A DNA stretch of 64,000 nucleotides, taken from assembly GCA_044229975.1 (NCBI GenBank), contig JBGARZ010000003.1, positions 128,001-192,000 on the forward strand. The letters are read 5' to 3'. Source of the stretch: Polyangiales bacterium (GTDB taxonomy: Bacteria > Myxococcota_A > Polyangia > Polyangiales > Ga0077539). Shown piece by piece: positions 51,241-61,124 of the stretch (positions are counted from its first letter, which is position 1; each line of letters opens with the position of its first letter). Position numbers and translations under genes: made by a program. The notes beneath the pieces are model-generated. The model had not been told where the DNA came from. It ran no database searches and was given only the letters and a program-made list of their open reading frames with translations.

Positions 51241-51268
51241 GTCAAGGCGCAGTGACCAAACGCGTCAC
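51241..51268 (+). promoter_or_regulatory. Putative activator sites for pilA (GTCA-N8-TGAC overlapping GTGAC-N7-GTCAC)
   Basis: Inverted repeats 120-150 bp upstream of the sigma54-like element. Confidence 0.45.
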
Positions 51269-51387
51269 CCTGGGGGCCGCAACCGCCCTCCGTCGCCTCT
51301 GTGCCAGCTGTCGTTCTTCTCGTTGGATCTCAGAGCTCCTCGCGTTTTTGAGATATCCCAAACCGGCGGTGAGGTGCCAGCGTCCGA

Positions 51388-51403
51388 TGGCATAACGACT
51401 GCA
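51388..51403 (+). promoter_or_regulatory. Sigma54 (-24/-12) promoter of pilA
   Basis: TGGCATAACGACTGCA = GG-N10-GC; pilA is sigma54/PilR-dependent in Myxococcus and Pseudomonas. Confidence 0.75.
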
Positions 51404-51487
51404 ATAGGCTTCGCTGTCCAATCCGAGGCACCGACGACCTGAACGGTTCAGGAAAGTCAAATGCATCAACGGACGGAGTAAATCCCC

Positions 51488-51988
51488 ATGAAGCGTTCCA
51501 TGAAGAAGGTTCTCGCTGGCTTCACCCTCGTCGAGCTCATGATCGTGGTTGTGATTCTGGGCATTCTCGCGGCGGTCGCGATCCCGGCGTTCACCCGCTA
51601 CGTGAAGCGCTCGAAGACCTCGGAAGCCACTGGCAATATCGCCAAGATCTACCAGGGCGAGACCGCGTACTTCAACCAGTCGTCGGAGCAGAGCGTCGCC
51701 AGCTTCGCCTCGGCCGTCGCCACCCCGACCGCCGCCCCCTCGGCCTCGAAGTACCCCGCCCAGCCCACCGCCTTCACCGGCGACTCTGGCTGGAGCGCGA
51801 TCGGCTTCTCGGTTGACGCCCCCCTGTACTACCAGTACTCCGCGACCGCGAGCGCCACGAGCTTCAACTCGATCGCGACCGGCAACATCGACGGCGACTC
51901 GACCAACTCGTCCTTCAGCCGCTCGGCCGCTCTCAACGCCGGCGAAATCCAGGGCGGACAGATCGTCATCACCAACGAGCTCGAATGA
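51488..51988 (+). CDS. pilA: Type IVa major pilin
   Basis: [23 protein letters not shown] prepilin motif; SD GGAG; own promoter and terminator. Confidence 0.93.
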   Translation: MKRSMKKVLAGFTLVELMIVVVILGILAAVAIPAFTRYVKRSKTSEATGNIAKIYQGETAYFNQSSEQSVASFASAVATPTAAPSASKYPAQPTAFTGDSGWSAIGFSVDAPLYYQYSATASATSFNSIATGNIDGDSTNSSFSRSAALNAGEIQGGQIVITNELE

Positions 51989-52030
51989 GCTCGGCGGCAG
52001 CCTGAGTCATCGCACTCGGCAGCCTGCGAC

Positions 52031-52082
52031 GACCCCTCAACGCACACTCTCCGGAGTGCGGGTTGAGGGGTTGTTTCTATTT
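52031..52082 (+). terminator. Rho-independent terminator after pilA
   Basis: ACCCCTCAAC...GTTGAGGGGT stem followed by TGTTTCTATTT. Confidence 0.8.
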
Positions 52083-52179
52083 CGCGCACGCGGTCTTGTC
52101 ACTTGAACTGAGTGCTCATTGAACACCCAGCCCAGGAACTCCCGATGTGCCCTGAAGAGCGCCGCCGACCCTCGAAGGG

Positions 52180-54174
52180 TCAGCGTGGATAGGCCGCGAC
52201 GAAGGCTCGACCCGTCATGCTCGCTGGAGCGCACGCAGCCGCGAGCGGGGGAGTGAAGCGCCCGTCCAACCGGCAACGCGACGAATCGACGCTGAGCCGG
52301 ATGCGTCCGAGGCCACCCGTACCGCCCGATCCGCCCGTCGCGTAGAGGCTGCCGGCTCCACCAGGTCCACCAGCAGCGGATAGCTCCGCCCGCGCAGTGA
52401 CGGTGATGGTCGGTGCCCGGAGGAAGAGCACACCGCCCGAACCGCCGCCACCCGCCGCGCCGGGCTGAGGGTCGCAGCCTGCGGCCCGGTTCGTTCCGAT
52501 GTACGCGTCGCCGCCTTCCCCGCCGTTGGCCAGGAGTCGACCGTTGATGGTCATCCGCGTGTCCGTCCAGATGCGAAGGGCACCACCACCACCACCACCG
52601 CCCGAGGTTCCGCCGAAAGCCGGTCGGTTGAGGTAGTCACCGCTACCGCCACCACCCCCGGAGCCAGGGTAGAAGGTGCGGTCCACCGCAAGATCGGCCA
52701 CGGCATCGGCGCCGATCGCCCCACCTCCGCCGCCACCGACCCACGAGGCCGGGATGCCAGGCCGCGACCCGGGGCACTGCGTCTGACCGAGGACCCCGTC
52801 GCTCCCGTTGTAGAGCGCGCTGCCCGCACTACCGCCGCGCCCCACGCCCGCTCCTCCCCCGGCCGTGATGCCCCCGCAATCGCCCTGCCCCGGAAATGTC
52901 GCCCCCAACGCTCCTGCCCCGCCGCCAGCGAAACCACCGCCGCCCGCCCCGTAGGCGCGATAACCCGTGAAGACGCCGCCGCCGCCGCCAAACTGCGCGG
53001 GCGGCGCGGCGAAGATGAGCTGCGTCGGATTGTCGGTGATGCAGGCCGCGTTGCTTCCGACACGACACGAACCCGTGGTTCCGGCCATCCCGCGCCCGTT
53101 GCCACCGGAGACGCCCGCGACCCACTCGCAGGCGGGGCCCGGTGTCGCCGTGCGCGGATCGCCGCTGAACCCGCCGGCGCCAGCGCGGCCCTGTCGGGTG
53201 CTGCGCGAGGTGATGGTCGACTGGCTGCCAGGGCCGCCCGACACGTCGATGGTTCCGTCGACCACGACGTCGCCCGTGGCACGAAGGTCGAGGGTTCCGT
53301 TGTTGGCGCCGCCACCGGCGACGAACACGACCACGCCCGCGGGCACGTTGATGGTCGTGAAGTTGTGCACGCCCGGCGAGAGGTACGTCGGGTTGACCGT
53401 GGGGTTGAACGCCCCTTCGGTTCCGGTGCTCGGTCGCCCACAGACACTGCCAGCGCAGCTCGATCCCGGCATGCAGGTCGCGCCGCAGCTCCCGCAGTTG
53501 AGTGGGTCGGACGTGACGTCGGCCTCGCAGCCGTCGGCCCCCACTCCGTTGCAGTCGGCAAAGCCCGGGAGACACGCACCCGCGACGCACGCACCCGCGA
53601 CGCACGCCACGCTACGCCCCGGGGGAACCACGCAGACCCGGCCGCAGGCACCGCAGTTGTTGGTGTCGGCTTGGACGTCGACACAGAACACTCCGCAACA
53701 CTGCGTACCCGGATCGCACGCCGGACCACCACCGCAGCCCGCATCGATGGCGTCTGGAACGTCGGCAACGTCCGTGACGTCCGTGACGTCCGCCACATCG
53801 GTCGCATCCGTGACATCGGTGACGTCTTCCGCATCGGCGACGTCCTCCACGTCCCCTGCATCGACCACGTCCTCGGCATCCCCGACCTCTCCTGCGTCGG
53901 CGACGTCTTCCTCGACGACCACGTCAGCGATGTCCGCCACGTCGGGGACATCCTGCGCGTCGGCCACATCGACGGCGTCACCACGGTCGGTCGGAACGTC
54001 GATGATGAATCCTCCGTCCGGCACATCCACCGTTGGGACATCGACCTGTGGTCGGTCCTCGATCGAGGAGTCTTCGTCGAAAGACAGGTCGCCCTCCAGC
54101 TCGGTTCGGCCGCAGCCCACCACCAGCGGCATGGCCAACAACCCAATGACCTTCAGTCGCACCGAGCGCCTCAT
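52180..54174 (-). CDS. Lipoprotein with Asp-Val-x repeats, Cys-rich (NCGxCG) modules and Gly-rich C-terminal domain
   Basis: Lipobox VVGC; DVTDVTDAT...; NNCGACG and LNCGSCG; GGGGSGG-type repeats; ATGA overlap with ftsH. Confidence 0.85.
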   Translation of the reverse strand: MRRSVRLKVIGLLAMPLVVGCGRTELEGDLSFDEDSSIEDRPQVDVPTVDVPDGGFIIDVPTDRGDAVDVADAQDVPDVADIADVVVEEDVADAGEVGDAEDVVDAGDVEDVADAEDVTDVTDATDVADVTDVTDVADVPDAIDAGCGGGPACDPGTQCCGVFCVDVQADTNNCGACGRVCVVPPGRSVACVAGACVAGACLPGFADCNGVGADGCEADVTSDPLNCGSCGATCMPGSSCAGSVCGRPSTGTEGAFNPTVNPTYLSPGVHNFTTINVPAGVVVFVAGGGANNGTLDLRATGDVVVDGTIDVSGGPGSQSTITSRSTRQGRAGAGGFSGDPRTATPGPACEWVAGVSGGNGRGMAGTTGSCRVGSNAACITDNPTQLIFAAPPAQFGGGGGVFTGYRAYGAGGGGFAGGGAGALGATFPGQGDCGGITAGGGAGVGRGGSAGSALYNGSDGVLGQTQCPGSRPGIPASWVGGGGGGAIGADAVADLAVDRTFYPGSGGGGGSGDYLNRPAFGGTSGGGGGGGALRIWTDTRMTINGRLLANGGEGGDAYIGTNRAAGCDPQPGAAGGGGSGGVLFLRAPTITVTARAELSAAGGPGGAGSLYATGGSGGTGGLGRIRLSVDSSRCRLDGRFTPPLAAACAPASMTGRAFVAAYPR
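53750..54045 (-). repeat. Intragenic degenerate 9-nt (D-V/A-x) tandem repeat
   Basis: Tandem GACGTCACG/GATGTCACC-like units on the minus strand. Confidence 0.75.
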
Positions 54175-56036
54175 GACTTCTCCGCCTCTCCTCGCATCGC
54201 CTCGTCCAACAACGTTCGCAGCTCCGCGCCGTCGAGGTGCTCTCGCTCCAGCAGGGCCACTGCCAGCGCGTGGACCGCGACGGTGTGCCGTTCGAGCACT
54301 TCACGCGCGACCAGCTCCGCGCTCGACACCGTGCGCCGAACCTCGGCGTCCACGAGGTCGGCCAGCTCTGCGCCGTGCTCCGCGCCGCCGCGCTCGGACA
54401 TCGTCCCCCACTCGCCGATGGAGCGACCGCGTCCCAGCGACACCGCGCCGACCTTCTCGGACATCCCGAACTCCACCACCATCGCGCGCGCCATCTCCGT
54501 CGCCTGCGAGAGGTCGCTCGCCGCCCCGGTGGACACCTCACCGAGGAAGAGCGACTCGGCCGCCCGCCCTCCAAGCAGCGAAGCCAGCTGGGCCCGCAGC
54601 TCACTCTCGGTCATCAGGTAGCGATCTTCGTCGGGGCGCTTCAGCGTGTATCCGAGCGCGCCGAGCCCGCGCGGCACGATGGACACCTTCGTCACCTTCG
54701 ACGCGCCGCCGACCACCTCCGCCACCAGCGCGTGTCCGAGCTCGTGATACGCGACCCGCCGACGCTCCTCCGGGGTCAGCACGCGCGAGCGACGCTCCAG
54801 ACCCGCTGCCACGCGCTCCATGGCCTCGCGCAGATCGTCGCCGGTCGCCGCCGCCGCGCCGCGCCTCGCAGCGAGCAGCGCCGCTTCGTTGATGAGGTTC
54901 GCGAGATCGGCGCCCGAGTAGCCCGTTGTCTCCACCGCGACGCGCTCCAGGTCGACATCGGGAGCCAGTGACACCGTCCGCCCGTGAACCTTCAAGACGG
55001 CGAGACGACCCAGTCGATCGGGCCGGTCGACCAGGACCTGTCGGTCGAAGCGCCCAGGGCGCAGCAGCGCCGCGTCGAGGATCTCCGGTCGGTTGGTCGC
55101 CGCCAGCACGATCACCCCGTTGTTGGCCGCGAACCCGTCCATCTCCACGAGGAGCTGGTTGAGCGTCTGCTCGCGCTCTTCGTTGGATGCCATCGCGCCG
55201 CCGCCACGGCTGCGACCCAGCGCGTCGAGCTCGTCGATGAACACGATGCACGGCGCCTGCGACTGCGCCCCCTCGAAGAGATCGCGCACCCGCGCCGCGC
55301 CCACCCCCACGAACATCTCCACGAACTCGCTCCCGCTCAGCGAGATGAACGGCACCCCGGCCTCGCCCGCCACCGCGCGCGCCAGCAGCGTCTTGCCCGT
55401 TCCCGGCGGCCCCACCAGCAGAACCCCTCGCGGGATGCGCGCGCCGACCTTCTTGAAGCGTTCGGCGTCGCGGAGAAACTCCACGACCTCCTGCAGCTCG
55501 CGCTTCGCCTCGTCGACGCCCGCGACGTCGTCGAAGCGCACGGTGACGTCCTTCTCGCCCGCCACCTTGCCGCGGCTCTTTCCAAACGAAAGAACACCCC
55601 CCGACGAGCCCCCCTGGAGGCGCTCGATGATCCATCGTCCGAGCATCAGCGTGACCAGCACGAAGAAGCCCGCCATCAGCAGCGACGAGAGCACACGGGT
55701 GTCGGCCGTGCCCTCGTAGGAGACACCCTTCTCCTCCAGCAGCGCGATGAGCTGCGGGTCGGACACCCGCACCACCTCGAAGTCCATCGGGGTCCGCGCC
55801 CCGGCCGAAGCACCCTGTCGGTAGCGACCGCGCAACAGGCGATCGCCGAGCCTCACCGACGACACACGACCCGCTCGAACGCTCGCCCGAAACTCCGAGT
55901 ACGGCACCACGCGCGACGCGCCGGGTGCGAACTGCTCCAGCAGGAGAACCGCCCCGAAGAGAACCGCCACCGCCGCTGCCCACGCCCTCACCCGACGGGT
56001 GCGCTTCTCGTCCGGGCGCGGCTCCCGCTCGCTCAC
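54171..56036 (-). CDS. ftsH: ATP-dependent zinc metalloprotease FtsH
   Basis: Two TM segments, [34 protein letters not shown]. Confidence 0.95.
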   Translation of the reverse strand: MSEREPRPDEKRTRRVRAWAAAVAVLFGAVLLLEQFAPGASRVVPYSEFRASVRAGRVSSVRLGDRLLRGRYRQGASAGARTPMDFEVVRVSDPQLIALLEEKGVSYEGTADTRVLSSLLMAGFFVLVTLMLGRWIIERLQGGSSGGVLSFGKSRGKVAGEKDVTVRFDDVAGVDEAKRELQEVVEFLRDAERFKKVGARIPRGVLLVGPPGTGKTLLARAVAGEAGVPFISLSGSEFVEMFVGVGAARVRDLFEGAQSQAPCIVFIDELDALGRSRGGGAMASNEEREQTLNQLLVEMDGFAANNGVIVLAATNRPEILDAALLRPGRFDRQVLVDRPDRLGRLAVLKVHGRTVSLAPDVDLERVAVETTGYSGADLANLINEAALLAARRGAAAATGDDLREAMERVAAGLERRSRVLTPEERRRVAYHELGHALVAEVVGGASKVTKVSIVPRGLGALGYTLKRPDEDRYLMTESELRAQLASLLGGRAAESLFLGEVSTGAASDLSQATEMARAMVVEFGMSEKVGAVSLGRGRSIGEWGTMSERGGAEHGAELADLVDAEVRRTVSSAELVAREVLERHTVAVHALAVALLEREHLDGAELRTLLDEAMRGEAEKS

Positions 56037-57208
56037 GAGGGCTTGGGCTCCGCGAAGACCGGGAGCTTGCGCTTCACCGGAGATGCCCCCTGGAGCGCGA
56101 GCTGGCCGCACGCCGCGTCGATGTCATCGCCGCGCGTCTTGCGGATGAACACCGCGTACCCGTCGGCCCGCAGCAACGACTGAAACGACAGCACGTCTTC
56201 CTTCCGCGGCGCGTCGTACGGAACGCCATCCACAGGGTTGAGCGGGATGAGGTTGATCTTCACCGAGAGGCCGCGCAGCAGCTTTGACAGCGCCCGCGCA
56301 TGGGAGCCCTGGTCGTTGACGCCGCGGATGAGCGTGTACTCGACGGTGATACGACGACGACGCCCGAGGGGATAACGGCGCAGCGCGGGCATCAGCTCGC
56401 TCAACGGGTAGCGTCGGTTGATGGGCATGAGCGCCGTGCGGAGTTCGTCGGTCGGCGCGTGCAGCGAGATGGCCAACGACACCTCGCCGCGGAACTCCTC
56501 CCCCAGCCGATCGATCTCCGGGACGAGCCCCGAGGTGCTCACGGTCACGCGGCGCGCCGCGAGGTCGATGCCGTCGTGGTGCGTGAGCAGCCGCAGTGCC
56601 CGGGCCACCGCGTCGTAGTTGTGGAGCGGTTCGCCCATGCCCATGAGCACCACGTTGCGGATGGCCTCGCCCGGGTCGAGCAGCGTTCGGCCGAGGAGCA
56701 CCTGCGCGACGATCTCGCCCGCCGTGAGATGGCGCTTGAGGCCGGCCACGCCCGACGCGCAGAACACGCAGCCCATCGCGCAGCCGACCTGCGTGGAGAT
56801 GCACTGGGTCACCCGACGCGCGGCGACGCGAAGCCCGCTGGGAGCAGGTTCATCGTCGACGTCTTCTTCCACGTCGTCATCGGGCATCGGGGGGATGAGG
56901 ACGGTCTCGACGGTTCCGCTGCCGGGGGTGTCGGGGAAGCCCACGAGCACCTTGCGCGTGTCGTCACCCGCGCGGTGCACCTTCTCGATGACCACCGGCA
57001 TGTGCAGCGCCGTCGCCGACAGCCGCTCGCGCAGCGCCTTGGCGATGTCGGTCATCCCCGCGGGGTCGGCGACCGATCGCGTGTGGATCCACCGGAACAC
57101 CTGCTTCGCGCGGAAGGGCCGCTCCCCCCAACGGGCGAGCTGCGCCTCCCACTCTTCGAGGTACGAGCCGACGGGGTCACGTTCGATGTCGTGGGTGGCG
57201 GGGGGCAC
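56033..57208 (-). CDS. rlmN: 23S rRNA/tRNA m2A methyltransferase RlmN
   Basis: CAMGCVFC radical SAM motif, MGMGEP, AACGQL. Confidence 0.95.
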   Translation of the reverse strand: MPPATHDIERDPVGSYLEEWEAQLARWGERPFRAKQVFRWIHTRSVADPAGMTDIAKALRERLSATALHMPVVIEKVHRAGDDTRKVLVGFPDTPGSGTVETVLIPPMPDDDVEEDVDDEPAPSGLRVAARRVTQCISTQVGCAMGCVFCASGVAGLKRHLTAGEIVAQVLLGRTLLDPGEAIRNVVLMGMGEPLHNYDAVARALRLLTHHDGIDLAARRVTVSTSGLVPEIDRLGEEFRGEVSLAISLHAPTDELRTALMPINRRYPLSELMPALRRYPLGRRRRITVEYTLIRGVNDQGSHARALSKLLRGLSVKINLIPLNPVDGVPYDAPRKEDVLSFQSLLRADGYAVFIRKTRGDDIDAACGQLALQGASPVKRKLPVFAEPKPS

Positions 57209-57243
57209 GCGCTCCCTCTAACAGTGCGAGCGCACTCGGGCAA

Positions 57244-57993
57244 TCAGGGCGCCGCGTTGGCGCGGCCCGGCGTCTCGATGGTCAGCATGAAGTCGCCGGT
57301 GCCATCGGGCAGCCGCCCCCACGACCGACCCGTGGTCGCCGCGTTGGGGGGAATGTCGCTATGGGCGATCTCGGAGCCGGCCGCGGTGAGCAGGTAGATG
57401 CGCTCCCCGCGCGGCGCGCTGATGCCGAAGCCCGCGTAGTAGCAGGTCATCGGGCCCGCATCGCCGAGGCATGACATCTGCGGGCCCATCGCGGGCATCG
57501 AGAGGTCGGCCACGATCAACAGGTGCTGCCCCGCCGCGAGAGTCGTCCCCGCCGGGAAGGTCATCCCGTCGCCGAGGCGAGGCGCGCCGCCGTCGACGTC
57601 GGTGTCCGTGTCGGCGAGCACCAGGCCGCTGAGATCGACGCTCGTGGGGCCGATGTTCTTGAGCTCGACCCAGTCGTCGCCCGCCGCGTGGATCTCGTTG
57701 ATGACAACACTGGAAGATCCAGCGTCGCCCACCACCGGGACATCGGTCACCACAGGCACGTCGCTCGGCGTCCCGGCATCGGCGCCGAGGTCGGTGGTGC
57801 TCCCAACGTCGACAGGGTTGCCGCGATCGGTGGCCGTTCCGCTGTCGGTAGGGTCGCCTGAGTCGACGGGGCTGCCGACATCAGCGGTCACGACGTCGGT
57901 GGACGTCGGCACGTCGGTCGTCACGGGCGGGGCCACCGGGTCGGAGCATCCGGCGAGTGCGATCATTCCAAGAGCAGTCCAATGAAGCTTCAT
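57244..57993 (-). CDS. Lamin-tail-domain lipoprotein with Asp/Thr-rich linker
   Basis: SD AAGGA; lipobox LAGC; VVINEI...DWVELKN...VDLSG; SWGRLPDG...TPG. Confidence 0.88.
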   Translation of the reverse strand: MKLHWTALGMIALAGCSDPVAPPVTTDVPTSTDVVTADVGSPVDSGDPTDSGTATDRGNPVDVGSTTDLGADAGTPSDVPVVTDVPVVGDAGSSSVVINEIHAAGDDWVELKNIGPTSVDLSGLVLADTDTDVDGGAPRLGDGMTFPAGTTLAAGQHLLIVADLSMPAMGPQMSCLGDAGPMTCYYAGFGISAPRGERIYLLTAAGSEIAHSDIPPNAATTGRSWGRLPDGTGDFMLTIETPGRANAAP

Positions 57994-58033
57994 GACGTTC
58001 CTTCTTGCACGATGCGGTGGACGGCGCCGGTGG

Positions 58034-59110
58034 TCATGCGTCGGAGCGCAGGAGCCACCGACGGAAGAGCACGAGGCCGCGTTCGAGGGCGCCGCGATCG
58101 GTCCACTCGTTGCGCTGGTGAGCTTGCGACTGGGTGCCCGGCCCGAGGTTGACGGCCGCGACGCCGACGCTCGCGAAGCGGGCCACGTCGGTCCACGCCT
58201 GCTTGGGTTCGACGCCCTCGACGCCGCCGTCGATGAGCGCCTGCACCAGCGCGTTGTCACGGCACGGCGGCGCCGACGGTGACCGATCGAAGACCTCGAT
58301 CTCGGCCTCGCCCGCGACCAACGCCTCCAGGTCGGCCACCGCGTCGTCCGGCGTGCGCCCCGGCGCGAAGCGGTAGTTCACGTTGAGCGTGAAGCGATCG
58401 GGAACCACGTTGCGACCGCGACCGCCCTCCGCAAGCGTGGCCGACACGACCTCGCGGTAGAGCATCCCCTCCAGCACCACGTCGCGCGGCGCCAACGCGT
58501 GCAGCCGCGACAGAAACGCCCCCGCCTTGTGGATGGCGTTTTCGCCCTGCCAGGGGCGCGCGCTGTGGGAGGTGCGCCCGTGGAAGTGCACCCGCGCATG
58601 AACGCTGCCCATGCACCCGAGCTGGAGGCCGTTGGAGCTCGGTTCGAGGCACACCGCGAGGTCGACGGTCTTGAGCGCGGGGAAGTTTTCGAGGATGTCG
58701 CCGAGGCGGTTTTCGAGGAAGGGCCCCTCCTCGCGCTCATAGAAGACGAAGGTCGGCTGGAAGCGCGTCTCCGCTCCGCCCGCGATGTCTTCGAGCAGGC
58801 ACAGCATCACCGCGAGGCCCGACTTCATGTCCGCCGCCCCCGCACCGTAGATGCGGTCTCCCTCGATGCGCGTCGGCCCGTCGTGCTGCGTCTTCACCAC
58901 GTCGAAGTGACCCGCGAGCACCACGCGTGGACCCGACGAGGCGACCTTCGGCGTCACCACGAGGCTGTGCCCATCACGCGCCACCGCAGCGTCTCCGAGC
59001 AGCGCGCGGAGCTGCGCCTCGACGCGATCGCAGAGCGGACCTTCCTCGCCGGTGAGCGATGCGACCTCGCACAGATCGAGCAGGTGCCGCTCGACGTGGG
59101 ACACCGTCAT
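58034..59110 (-). CDS. dapE: Succinyl-diaminopimelate desuccinylase (M20 family)
   Basis: GHFDVV, DMKSG, REEG, HSARPW, AHQRNE; ATGA overlap with dapD. Confidence 0.92.
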   Translation of the reverse strand: MTVSHVERHLLDLCEVASLTGEEGPLCDRVEAQLRALLGDAAVARDGHSLVVTPKVASSGPRVVLAGHFDVVKTQHDGPTRIEGDRIYGAGAADMKSGLAVMLCLLEDIAGGAETRFQPTFVFYEREEGPFLENRLGDILENFPALKTVDLAVCLEPSSNGLQLGCMGSVHARVHFHGRTSHSARPWQGENAIHKAGAFLSRLHALAPRDVVLEGMLYREVVSATLAEGGRGRNVVPDRFTLNVNYRFAPGRTPDDAVADLEALVAGEAEIEVFDRSPSAPPCRDNALVQALIDGGVEGVEPKQAWTDVARFASVGVAAVNLGPGTQSQAHQRNEWTDRGALERGLVLFRRWLLRSDA

Positions 59111-59937
59111 ACCGAGACCTCGTGGTCGCGGAGCGCGCGCTCCAGTGAGGTCTTGCGGTCGGTGCTCTCCGAGCGACGACCGATGATGAGCGCGCACGGC
59201 ACCATGAACTCACCCGCCGGGAAGCGCTTCGGCCGCATGCCCGGGATGACCACGCTGCGCGCCGGAATGCGGCCCTTCCACTCGTTCGGCGACTCGCCCG
59301 TCACATCGACGATGGAGGTGCTGGAGGTGAGCACCACGCCCGCGCCGAGCACGGCCTCCTGCTCGACGTGAACACCCTCCACCACGATGACCCGCGAGCC
59401 CACGAAGGCTCCGTCTTCGATGATGACGGGGCGCGCACCCGGCGGCTCCAGCACGCCGCCGATGCCGACGCCGCCCGCGAGGTGCACGTCGCGGCCGATC
59501 TGCGCGCACGAGCCAACCGTCGCCCAGGTGTCGACCATGGAGCCCGTGTCGACGTACGCGCCGATGTTGACGTAGCCCGGCATCACGATGGCGCCCGGGG
59601 CGACGTAGGCGCCGTAGCGGACGGTTCCGGGCGGGACGATGCGCACGCCGTCGGGGGGCGTCTTCACCGGGATCTTGTCCTGGAAGGAGAGCGGGCCGGC
59701 GGTCATGCGCTCCATCGGACGGAGGGCGAAGTAGAGGAGGATGGCCTGCTTGATCCACGGGTGGACGGTCCAGCCGGCGTCGTCGCGGGTGGCGACGCGG
59801 ATGGTCCCGCGGTCGAGGGCTTCGAGGGTCTCCTCGACGGCGCGGGTGCTCTCGTCGGAGCGCAGCAGCGTGCGGTCGGCGAAGGTGCGCTCGATGACGG
59901 GTTGGAGTCGCTGGGCGAGGTCGGCCTGGGTGCTCAT
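59107..59937 (-). CDS. dapD: Tetrahydrodipicolinate N-succinyltransferase
   Basis: WIKQAILLYF, RIVPP, VDTWATVGSCAQIG, GGVLEP. Confidence 0.96.
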   Translation of the reverse strand: MSTQADLAQRLQPVIERTFADRTLLRSDESTRAVEETLEALDRGTIRVATRDDAGWTVHPWIKQAILLYFALRPMERMTAGPLSFQDKIPVKTPPDGVRIVPPGTVRYGAYVAPGAIVMPGYVNIGAYVDTGSMVDTWATVGSCAQIGRDVHLAGGVGIGGVLEPPGARPVIIEDGAFVGSRVIVVEGVHVEQEAVLGAGVVLTSSTSIVDVTGESPNEWKGRIPARSVVIPGMRPKRFPAGEFMVPCALIIGRRSESTDRKTSLERALRDHEVSV

Positions 59938-59980
59938 CGACCGAGGGCATACAACCACCCGCGGGCGGGGCGGAAGTCCT

Positions 59981-60316
59981 CTACGGAACGCAGGCGTTCT
60001 CGTCGGGCCGGACGTTGGGGCAGATGACCCCGGCGGCGCGGCACTCCATCGCGTCGGTGCAGCGCTGCGCGCACACGAAGCCGAGGGCCGCGGTCTCGGT
60101 GTTGACGCACACGCCACGGTCGGGGCAATCGGCGCTGGTGGTGCACGCGACCGTGCACAGGCCGATCTGTCGCATGGTGAGGCGGTTGTTGAACTGTATG
60201 CACCGCGGCGTGGACTCGGCGCACGCCGAGGGCGACGTGCACGAGCCGTAGGGGGACTCGTTGCGGGAAGCACACGCGACGAGAGGGACGAGGAGGAGGA
60301 GCCACCGTGGAGACAT
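59981..60316 (-). CDS. Small Cys-rich lipoprotein
   Basis: Lipobox LVAC; 12 further Cys arranged as three 4-Cys units. Confidence 0.8.
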   Translation of the reverse strand: MSPRWLLLLVPLVACASRNESPYGSCTSPSACAESTPRCIQFNNRLTMRQIGLCTVACTTSADCPDRGVCVNTETAALGFVCAQRCTDAMECRAAGVICPNVRPDENACVP

Positions 60317-60368
60317 GGACGCCGCGAGAGCCTACACCGATGCCGAAGGGCATAGGATCGCCTTCGCG

Positions 60369-61103
60369 ATGATCGAGGTGACGAAGGTCTGGAAGCGCTA
60401 CGCGGCACCCGTACTGCGGGGCGTGACGCTGACGGTGCCCACGGGGTGTCTGTACGGGCTCATCGGCCCCGGCGCGGCGGGGAAGAGCGTGCTGCTCAAG
60501 TGCCTGGCGGGCTTGCTCCGACCCGAGCGGGGCACCGTCACGGTGTGCGGGAGCGAGCTGGGGTCGCTCGACGAGGTGTCGCTCCAGGCGATTCGCAACC
60601 GCATCGGCATGCTCTTCCAGAACAACGCCCTCTTCGACCACCTCACCGTCGCCGAGAACATCGCGTTCCCGCTGCGCCGCCGCGGCGTCACGGACGAGGC
60701 CGAGATCGCGGATCGCGTGGCCGATCGGCTGCGCGCGGTGTCCCTCCCCGGCTTCGAAGACCGACTCCCAGGTGGGCTCTCGGGCGGTCAGAAGAAGCGC
60801 GTCGGGGTGGCGCGCGCGACGGTGACCCGCGCCGAGGTGGTGCTCTACGACGAGCCCGCGGCGGGCCTCGACCCGGTGACCTCACAGAAGATCTTCGACC
60901 TGCTGCGTCGCGAACAGCAGGAGTCCGGGGCGACGGTGGTGATGGTGTCGAGCGACATCGACCGGCTGCTCACGGTTACGGACCGCGTCGGGATGATGCT
61001 CGACGGCTCATTGATCTTCGACGGAACCACCGCCGAGGCGCAGGAGTCGTTACACCCGGTGGTAAAGCAGTTCGTCCACGGGGAGGTCGACGGGCCGTTG
61101 TAG
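60369..61103 (+). CDS. MlaF/Mkl-type ABC ATPase (copy 1)
   Basis: GPGAAGKS, FQNNALFD, LSGGQ, YDEP; H-loop reads SSD rather than SHD. Confidence 0.9.
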   Translation: MIEVTKVWKRYAAPVLRGVTLTVPTGCLYGLIGPGAAGKSVLLKCLAGLLRPERGTVTVCGSELGSLDEVSLQAIRNRIGMLFQNNALFDHLTVAENIAFPLRRRGVTDEAEIADRVADRLRAVSLPGFEDRLPGGLSGGQKKRVGVARATVTRAEVVLYDEPAAGLDPVTSQKIFDLLRREQQESGATVVMVSSDIDRLLTVTDRVGMMLDGSLIFDGTTAEAQESLHPVVKQFVHGEVDGPL

Positions 61104-61124
61104 GCTTCGGCGACGAGCGCACCG

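Noticed and set aside
51488..51988. Electrically conductive (e-pilin) interpretation
   Set aside because: Aromatics occur at mature positions 1, 24, 27, 50 and 51 (about 10% overall), but not at 32 or 57; there is no cytochrome context, and sequence criteria for conductivity are unreliable.
56033..57208. Cfr-type antibiotic resistance methyltransferase
   Set aside because: Housekeeping operon context (dapD-dapE...ftsH), no mobile-element signs, and the motifs are consistent with ordinary RlmN.
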